Shown here: one piece after another, positions 57,397 through 64,000 of the stretch | How the letters are laid out: the number at the start of each line of letters is the position of its first letter | Numbering within the stretch: the first letter of the stretch is position 1 | NCBI GenBank assembly: GCA_040218735.1 | Contig: JAVJQW010000043.1 | Coordinates: 32,001-96,000, forward strand | Direction: 5' to 3' | Source: Deltaproteobacteria bacterium | GTDB lineage: Bacteria; Myxococcota; Kuafuiibacteriia; Kuafuiibacteriales; Kuafuiibacteriaceae | Length of the DNA: 64,000 bases | The notes under the pieces: model-generated | Database searches by the model: none | Told to the model about the DNA's origin: nothing | What the model saw: the letters and a program-made list of their open reading frames with translations, nothing else | Made by a program: the position numbers and the translations under genes

Positions 57397-59790
57397 TTGC
57401 CCAAGGCCGCGCGCTTCTTTCTCATCGTCAAAGCGCCCAACGGCGACGTACGTGAGGTTCCGCTCGGGGGCCACGCGATCGTCGTCGGTCGCGACGAGAG
57501 CGCGGACATCCGCGTCGACGACAAGAAGGTCTCGCGGCGCCACGCGGCGTTCAAGCTGATCGACAACGAGCCCTGGGTCGAAGACCTCGGCAGCAGCAAC
57601 GGCGTTCGGCTGAACGGGAAGAAGATCAACCGGCGCGCGCGGTTCGACTACGGATCGTCGGTCCGCGTCGGTGGGTTCGTCGTCACGCTGAAGGACGACG
57701 TCGAGGACACCGGCGCGTCGGTGCTCGACGAACACGTCGACGGTCCGCCGCAGCAAACCCGTTCTCCGCGCATCGTGGAGCGTCGCCCGGAGCCGAAGCC
57801 CGAGACGCACCCGATGTTGTTTGGCATCGACCCGCCCGTCGAGGGGAAGCAGTTCGCGCTGCACAAGGGCGAGAACATCGTCGGTCGGCTCGAGGAGTGC
57901 GACGTCCCGATCCTCGACGGCTCGGTGTCGCGTCAGCACGCGCGCATCCTGTACGCGAAGGACCGCGTCACGGTGACCGATCTCGGCTCGTCGAACGGGG
58001 TGTTCGTGAACGAGGTCCGCGTCGACATGGCGCAGCTCGCGGACGCGGACAAACTTCGGATCGGCAACGTCGGTTTCTCGGTGTCGTTGCCGCCCGCGCT
58101 CGCGAAGAACCCGGCGCCGCTCGCGACGCGGGCGCGCGCGAAGAAGACGCCGTCACGTTCGAAGAAGTGGTTGGTGCTCGGCGCGGTCGGTCTGTTCTCT
58201 GCGGCCTTCATCGTGTCGGCGGCGCTGTTCTGGCGTCACCGCGCGCAGGCGGCCGGGGAGGCCGATCCATTCGCGCGTTTCCTACCGAGCTCGTCGGAGC
58301 GTGACGCGGGCGCTTCGCCCGACATCGTGGTCGCGGCCGCCGGCGATGATCGCGACGGTGGCGACGCGGTCGAGGCGCCGCCCCCCGTCGAGACGCCGCC
58401 GCCTCCGGTCGAGGCGCCGCCGCCGGTCGAGGCGCCACCGCCGCCTCCGCCGCCGGTGGAGCCACCGCCGCCTCCGGTCGAGCCTCCGCCTCCGGTCGCT
58501 GCGCCGCCCGTGGAGCCGCCTCCGCCGGTCACCGCGCCCGCGGTGGCGACGGGGTTGGTGGGCACGGCGACGTCGCCGTTTTCACGTCGCGGCGTCGACG
58601 GGCTGCCGTTGAACCTGCCGATCGTCGATTCGGAGTTCGACTTCGACGCGTTCGTCGCGGCGCGGATGGACGAGGCGAAGGCCTGTCAGGAGAAGACGGA
58701 CTGGAGGTGCCTGCAGGGGGCGGTGAAGGAGATCCTCGCGGTCGACCCCATCCACGAAGAAGCGGGTGTCCTCGAGAAGAAGGTCGTCCTCTACGAGGCC
58801 GCGGAGCAGGCGCTGCAGAAGGCCGAGGGGCTCGCGAAGAAAGGCGAGTACGCGGCGGCGTACGACGTGCTCGAAAACGTCCCGCAGGAGCTCCCGCAGG
58901 CGGGCCCCGCGCAGACGCGCGCGAAGGAGCTGCGGCACCTCGCGGTCGAGGACCTGCTCGCGAAGGCGGAGCGCGAGGCGAAGTCGCGCGGCACGTGGCG
59001 GAAGGCGCACAAGCGTTACAAGCAGGCGCTGGTGCTGGAGCCCGACAACACGGAGGCGCTCGGTGGGTTACGCGGCGTCGAGCGGAAGATGCGCCGCAAG
59101 AACATCAACTTCGCCGCGTACAACCCGCGGCGGCACAGTCAGGTCGGGACGAAGGCGGACGTTCCGGGCCCCGAGCTCGACGTCGCGATCGTGCGCCACT
59201 TCGACGGCGACAAGGAGCTCGCGAAGATCGCGAAGATCTATCGCCGCGGCGCGATCGACAAGGCGCGCCGCAAAGCAGACAGCGTGTCGAAGCGCGGTCC
59301 TGGTGTGCGCCGTCGCCGCGCGAAGCGCCTGAGCAAGACGCTCAAGGACATCGAGCGGCGCTTCACGCGCGTGCGCTCCGAGATCAGCAACGACCCGGCG
59401 CGGGCGTGGTCGATGCTGCGCGCGCTCCAAGACGCGGAGAAGGCGTTGCTCCCCTCGGGGGTGAAGTCGTTCGTCGTGCGTGAGCTCGAAGTGAGTTTGT
59501 CCGAGGCCTACGCGGACCAGGGCGCGTCGATGTTCGACCGCGGTCGCTACGAGGACGCCTTCGAGCGTTGGGAGTCCGGGTACAAGCTCGACATGACGAA
59601 CCCGAAGGTCGTCGCCGGCCTGAAGAAGCTCGAGGCCCGCGCCGAGCAGTACGCTCAGGAGGCGGAGCTCGCCGCACAGCGCGGGGAGCCGGACGTGTGT
59701 GAGAAGTGGAAACGCATCACGCGCATGACGAACGCCAACAGCGACGTCCACCAGAAGGCGCGCAAGAAGGCGCTGCTCGTCTGCGGTTGA
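57397..59790 (+). CDS. Double-FHA, TM, Pro-rich linker, TPR protein
   Basis: Two FHA domains (VSRRHA..DLGSSNG; VSRQHA..DLGSSNG), TM, VEAPPP repeats, TPR helices. Confidence 0.85.
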   Translation: MPKAARFFLIVKAPNGDVREVPLGGHAIVVGRDESADIRVDDKKVSRRHAAFKLIDNEPWVEDLGSSNGVRLNGKKINRRARFDYGSSVRVGGFVVTLKDDVEDTGASVLDEHVDGPPQQTRSPRIVERRPEPKPETHPMLFGIDPPVEGKQFALHKGENIVGRLEECDVPILDGSVSRQHARILYAKDRVTVTDLGSSNGVFVNEVRVDMAQLADADKLRIGNVGFSVSLPPALAKNPAPLATRARAKKTPSRSKKWLVLGAVGLFSAAFIVSAALFWRHRAQAAGEADPFARFLPSSSERDAGASPDIVVAAAGDDRDGGDAVEAPPPVETPPPPVEAPPPVEAPPPPPPPVEPPPPPVEPPPPVAAPPVEPPPPVTAPAVATGLVGTATSPFSRRGVDGLPLNLPIVDSEFDFDAFVAARMDEAKACQEKTDWRCLQGAVKEILAVDPIHEEAGVLEKKVVLYEAAEQALQKAEGLAKKGEYAAAYDVLENVPQELPQAGPAQTRAKELRHLAVEDLLAKAEREAKSRGTWRKAHKRYKQALVLEPDNTEALGGLRGVERKMRRKNINFAAYNPRRHSQVGTKADVPGPELDVAIVRHFDGDKELAKIAKIYRRGAIDKARRKADSVSKRGPGVRRRRAKRLSKTLKDIERRFTRVRSEISNDPARAWSMLRALQDAEKALLPSGVKSFVVRELEVSLSEAYADQGASMFDRGRYEDAFERWESGYKLDMTNPKVVAGLKKLEARAEQYAQEAELAAQRGEPDVCEKWKRITRMTNANSDVHQKARKKALLVCG
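58368..58535 (+). repeat. VE(A/T)PPP coding tandem repeats
   Basis: Imperfect gtcgag(gcg)ccgccgccg units. Confidence 0.7.
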
Positions 59791-59793
59791 GCG

Positions 59794-60429
59794 TCAGGGA
59801 CCGAGCTCACCGCGGCCGGCGCGGATGTCTTCGATCTTCTTCCGCATCCGCGACAGCAGCTCCTCGAAGCCTTCCTTCTCGATCAGCTTACGGAACTGCG
59901 AGCGGTAGGTCCGGACGGTCGAGACGTCGTCGATGGCGACGTCGTACACGTGCCAGCGGCCGTCGTGCCAGATCGTCGAGAACTCGAGGATGGCGACCTG
60001 CTTGTCGGCCTGGACGCGAGCGGAGACCTTGCCCTTCTTGCCCGAGATCTCTTCCTCCAGCCACTTGATCTCGATCTTCTTGGGCTTCTTGACGTCGCCC
60101 TTCGACGCGATCTTCAGCTTGCTGCGGTAGGAGGTCTCGATCATCTCGCGGAGGATCGCGGAGAACTCCTTCTTCTGCTTGTCGTCGATCTTGCTCCACT
60201 GGCGGCCGAGGGAGCGCTTGGTCATCTCGGGCCAGTCGAGCATGTCGTCGATCAGCGCCTTCGACTTCGCGTTCCAGGACTCGACGTCCTTCGACTTCGA
60301 CTCCTTCTCGGCGAGCTTGCGGCCCTCCTCGACCTTCTTCTCCAGCCAGGGGCGCGGGGAGGGGAGGTCGGCCGCGAACACGGGGCTGGCGACGAAGGTG
60401 AGCGCAAAGAAGGCAATTGGGGCACGCAT
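59794..60429 (-). CDS. MlaC/Ttg2D family phospholipid-binding protein
   Basis: Signal peptide; SLGRQW, W.VYDVAIDDVSTVRTYRSQF. Confidence 0.88.
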   Translation of the reverse strand: MRAPIAFFALTFVASPVFAADLPSPRPWLEKKVEEGRKLAEKESKSKDVESWNAKSKALIDDMLDWPEMTKRSLGRQWSKIDDKQKKEFSAILREMIETSYRSKLKIASKGDVKKPKKIEIKWLEEEISGKKGKVSARVQADKQVAILEFSTIWHDGRWHVYDVAIDDVSTVRTYRSQFRKLIEKEGFEELLSRMRKKIEDIRAGRGELGP

Positions 60430-60495
60430 GCGGATACTCCTCATTCGTGGTTTATGACGCACGAGGCAAGGCCTTCATGCACGCTGTGGCCGGCC

Positions 60496-61947
60496 TCACT
60501 CGCCGCCGCTGCGCGCCTGCACCAATCGTCCGGTGGCGCGGCTCAGCTCCGTGAGGCGGATCAACGTGTCGAAGCGTGTCCGCTGGAGGTCGGCCTCCGA
60601 GGCGGCCCAGGCGAGGAACGCGTCGATCAGCTCGTCCGCGGCGCCCGTACCGATGTCGTAGGCGAGGCTCGACGCCGTCAGCCAGCCGCGCGCGGTGCGG
60701 TTCGCGCGCTCGAGCTTCGCGATGCGGTCGTAGCCGCCGCTGATCTCGATGTGGATCCGCTGCACGTCGAGCTCGACCGCCTGCTCCGCGAGGCGCGTCT
60801 GCGCGATGCGCACCTTCGCCTCGGCCTCCGCCTGCTCGAGCAACGCGAGCTTCTGGAAGATGTCGAGCTCGATGCGTACGCCGAGCCCGGCCGCGAGGTT
60901 GAAGAAGTTGAACGGGTCGTTCACGAACGGGTTCGTCTGGTTCGTCGCGTTACTCGTGTACGCCCACTGCAACACCCCGCCGAGGTAGATGTCCGGGTAG
61001 AACTGACGCCGCCGCAGCTCGGCGAACGCCTCGGTCGCCTTCACGATCTCCCGCAGCGCGAGCAGCTCGGGCCGACCGCCCTGCGCGGACTCCGTGGCTT
61101 CGAACAGGCTCGGGATCTTGTCGGGGAGATCGGCCAGCTCGGCGTCCGCGACCTCCAACCGGCGGCTCTGATCCCACCCCATCAACAACCGCAGCGCGCG
61201 CAGCGCGATCTCGCGCGCTTGCTTCGCCTCCGTCTCGCGCACGAGCAGCGTCGACAGCGCGTACTTCAACCGCAGCCGATCGTTCTCCGTGACCTGCGGC
61301 GAGTCGTTGTCGAGGAGCTCCTCGATCTTCTCGAGCACCTTCTCGAGGGTCCCGCGTCCGTCGTCGAGTGAGTTCAGGAACGTGCGCGTCAGCTGGTACG
61401 CCCAGAACGCGCGCGTCACGTTCACGACGACCTCCGCCTCCGTCACCGTGCGCTGGTGTCCGGCCGCCCGCACGACGTGCGACGCCGCCTCCTTGCCCTT
61501 GGAGATCTTCCCGAACGTGTAGAGCGGGAGGAACGCTTCGCCGTTCACGCGGAAGCCCACGCCCAGCTCACCGAAGTCGAAGTCCCCCTCCAGCGACGCC
61601 GGCGTCGCCGTCGACGGATCGTTCGTGACCACCGTACGCGCCTCGGGGGTGGGGCCGCCGAACAGCGAGTTCAAGGTCATCCGCGGGTACGCCTGGCTCG
61701 CCGCGAACGAGTACAGCGCCTCGGCCTGTTCGATCTGGGCCTTCGCGACGTCGATCTGCCAGCTGCGCGCGAGCGCCTCGTGCACCATCGACTCGAGGTC
61801 CCACTTCCCGGTCGCGGTCTCGGTCAGCGCGAGGGTGCTCGTCTCGGACAGACGGAACGTCATCGTGTCCGAGGTGTCGTCCGCGTAGGCCGACCCCCCG
61901 AGGCAGCACAGCGCGACCACGATCGGGATGGACGAAGTGAACCGCAT
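60496..61947 (-). CDS. TolC family outer membrane protein
   Basis: Signal peptide; PLYTFGKI, RPEL, FYPDI; helical repeats. Confidence 0.85.
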   Translation of the reverse strand: MRFTSSIPIVVALCCLGGSAYADDTSDTMTFRLSETSTLALTETATGKWDLESMVHEALARSWQIDVAKAQIEQAEALYSFAASQAYPRMTLNSLFGGPTPEARTVVTNDPSTATPASLEGDFDFGELGVGFRVNGEAFLPLYTFGKISKGKEAASHVVRAAGHQRTVTEAEVVVNVTRAFWAYQLTRTFLNSLDDGRGTLEKVLEKIEELLDNDSPQVTENDRLRLKYALSTLLVRETEAKQAREIALRALRLLMGWDQSRRLEVADAELADLPDKIPSLFEATESAQGGRPELLALREIVKATEAFAELRRRQFYPDIYLGGVLQWAYTSNATNQTNPFVNDPFNFFNLAAGLGVRIELDIFQKLALLEQAEAEAKVRIAQTRLAEQAVELDVQRIHIEISGGYDRIAKLERANRTARGWLTASSLAYDIGTGAADELIDAFLAWAASEADLQRTRFDTLIRLTELSRATGRLVQARSGGE

Positions 61948-62007
61948 CGACGATTCTCTCGCCGCGCGTAACAGACACGTGGGTGCCAGGCAACTCGCGC
62001 TCGCGGT

Positions 62008-62370
62008 GTGTTCGTCCGCACCGGCCCGAATACCGTGAAGCACCTCCGCGCCGCCGTCGTCATCGTCGCCTCGATCGGTATCGCCGCCGGCCTCGCCGCC
62101 GCGGGGCTCGCCCGTTGGGGCGTCGCGGCCGGTGTCGGCGCCGCGCTGGTCACGCTCGGCGTCGCTCTCGTGCGCGGCCACGGCCCACGTCGCGCCGCCG
62201 GGGCGGGGGCCGTCGCGGGGCTCGCGGGTGTGCTGCTCCACGTGTTCTTCGCGGAGTCGTTGGGGGCGGGCCTCCCGGAGGTCCGCGCGGTGGCGTCGGG
62301 CATCGGCTTGGCGCCGGGGGTCACCGCGGTGATCGCGTTCTGGGCGTGGTGGGATCACCCGCGCCGCTGA
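62008..62370 (+). CDS. Small membrane protein
   Basis: About four hydrophobic segments filling the gap between minus-strand genes. Confidence 0.55.
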   Translation: MFVRTGPNTVKHLRAAVVIVASIGIAAGLAAAGLARWGVAAGVGAALVTLGVALVRGHGPRRAAGAGAVAGLAGVLLHVFFAESLGAGLPEVRAVASGIGLAPGVTAVIAFWAWWDHPRR

Positions 62371-62377
62371 CCGTGCG

Positions 62378-64000
62378 TCAAGTCCGCTTGCGGTAGCGCT
62401 CTTTGCGCTCCTTGTTCAGCGTGCGGCGCACCTTCTTGGGGAGGTGGTTGTAGAGCGCGCCGAGGATGCGGTTCTGCCCGAGCTGCGAAGAGGCCTGCGC
62501 GAGGCGCCCGGTCTTGGTCACGTCGTCCGCGACGACCAGGAACGCGGCGTCCACGAGCGGCAGCAACAGGTTCGTGTCCGCGAAGGGCGTCACGGACGGG
62601 GCGTCGAGCACCGCGATGTCCACGGTGTTCACGAGCTCGGCGATCAGCGTCTTGAACCGCGGCGAGGCGAGCACCTCCCCCGGGTGCGGGTGTCGGCCCC
62701 CGGCCGGGAGGATGACGAGGTTGCGGTCCGCGATCTTGAGGACGGAGTTGGCGAGGTCCGCGCGGCCCTCCACCACGCCGAGCACGCCCTGCCGCTCGTC
62801 GATCCCCAGCAGCTCCGCGAACCGCGGGAAACGGAAGTCCGCCTCCATCAGCGCGACGCGCCGGTGCGTGTCCTCCGCCAACGCAAACGCGAGGTTCATC
62901 GCGGCGGTGGTCTTTCCGGTGAGCGGCTCGGGGCTCGTGACCATGTACGCGCGGTAGCCGAGGTTCTTCGCGAACTCCTCGATGCGCGCCGCGAGGAGGC
63001 GCGTCGACGTGGCGTAGGTGCCGTCCGGCTCCCGGAGGATCTGCGTCGCCGCGTCGTGTCCGGCCTTGGACGAGATCTCCTGGATGGTGCGGCGAACACC
63101 ACCGGCGACACCGTGGTCCTGCTTCCTTTGAATGGAACGCCTGCCCGTCGCCGCCGGGTCCGGTGCGCGTCGTCCGTCGTCTCCCCAGGCGTTGCCGCGA
63201 CGCGGGGTCGGGGCGGGCGCCGGTGCGGGAGCGGGCGCGCGGGCGTCACCCGGCGCGATCGTGTCTCCCCAGGCGTTGCGTTTCTTGTCGGCGGGGCGCT
63301 CGACGAGGGCGCGGTCGGCCGGGTCCCCCCACCGGTTGGCGGAGGGGAGGTCGTCGCTCGTCGGCATCGTCTGGTCCGCCGCACCGTCCCCCCACGCGTT
63401 CGACCCGCGGCTCGGCGTGGAGCGGGGCTCCAGCGGGATGACCTCCGCCGGGGTCGACGCGCCCGCGCCCGTGGCGAAGTCCGGCCGCGCGGACATCGAC
63501 GACTTGCCGGCCCCGGGCATCGGCGCCATCTGCGACTCGGGCTGCGCGAGCACCTCGGGGAGCGCGCCGGCGTTCGTCGGGCGCGGCTCGATCTTCTTGG
63601 CGCGGTCCCACGCGCTGCCGCTCTTCTTGGGTTTGCGTTCGTTGAACGGGACGGCGACCGGGCGGCCGTCCTGCCACTGGACGCCGATCGTCCGCTCTTC
63701 GTGGAGCGGCTCCTCACCGACGGGCTTCACGTCGACGTTCTCGAGCACCGGTTCGTTCAGCACCGACGGTGCGACCGGCGCGCGCTCACCGCGGAGGCGG
63801 CTGCGTGCGAGATCGCGGAGGTCGTCGGGCGGTCGATCGCCCGCGATGGTCGCCGCCTGCGACAGCTCGATCAGATCCTCGCTCGACGATTCGGCGGGGA
63901 GCATGTCCTCGCTGCGGAACTCGACCGGCTGCGCGTGCACGCTGGTGATCATGTCCGCTTCCTCCTCGGGGAGGACGAACGCGCCGGTCTCGCGGAGTTT
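62378..64000 (-). CDS. CpsD/CapB-like (BY-kinase/MinD superfamily) P-loop protein with long disordered N-terminus (5' beyond window)
   Basis: VTSPEPLTGKTT, LMEADFRFP, VLDAPS; frame open to window edge. Confidence 0.82.
   Translation of the reverse strand, partial: KLRETGAFVLPEEEADMITSVHAQPVEFRSEDMLPAESSSEDLIELSQAATIAGDRPPDDLRDLARSRLRGERAPVAPSVLNEPVLENVDVKPVGEEPLHEERTIGVQWQDGRPVAVPFNERKPKKSGSAWDRAKKIEPRPTNAGALPEVLAQPESQMAPMPGAGKSSMSARPDFATGAGASTPAEVIPLEPRSTPSRGSNAWGDGAADQTMPTSDDLPSANRWGDPADRALVERPADKKRNAWGDTIAPGDARAPAPAPAPAPTPRRGNAWGDDGRRAPDPAATGRRSIQRKQDHGVAGGVRRTIQEISSKAGHDAATQILREPDGTYATSTRLLAARIEEFAKNLGYRAYMVTSPEPLTGKTTAAMNLAFALAEDTHRRVALMEADFRFPRFAELLGIDERQGVLGVVEGRADLANSVLKIADRNLVILPAGGRHPHPGEVLASPRFKTLIAELVNTVDIAVLDAPSVTPFADTNLLLPLVDAAFLVVADDVTKTGRLAQASSQLGQNRILGALYNHLPKKVRRTLNKERKERYRKRT

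Noticed and set aside
55750-58535. Tandem repeats as a possible CRISPR array or VNTR element
   Set aside because: Short degenerate in-frame codon repeats encoding Pro-Glu and VEAPPP linkers; no unique spacers

Overview
High-GC, gene-dense bacterial DNA of myxobacterial (Myxococcota-like) character, inferred from FHA-domain signalling proteins, PEGA proteins, Cys-rich lipoproteins and an MFE-2/SCPx pair. About 50 CDSs; I saw no rRNA, tRNA, CRISPR array or transposase. The most notable system is a translationally coupled TPR-CHAT protease / zinc-binding anti-sigma / S8 subtilase / ECF sigma operon (30070-36294). A paralogous TPR-CHAT locus (6644-10274) is followed by two small secreted proteins resembling the subtilase C-terminal CPxC domain. 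An identically spaced AGGA-N15-CGTAG motif lies upstream of both CHAT loci and of an adjacent astacin protease, with a variant before an M14 peptidase. Together these suggest a CRISPR-independent, Craspase-like proteolytic ECF regulon. Other signals: a low-GC patch with breakpoints inside genes, a C11 tract in a promoter spacer, a frameshift in a GGEEF motif, a FadR-like operator before a peroxisomal-type beta-oxidation pair, an orphan imuA-like gene with a LexA-like box, and a catalytically degenerate FHA-TadA ATPase. All calls are by eye from motifs; no searches were run.
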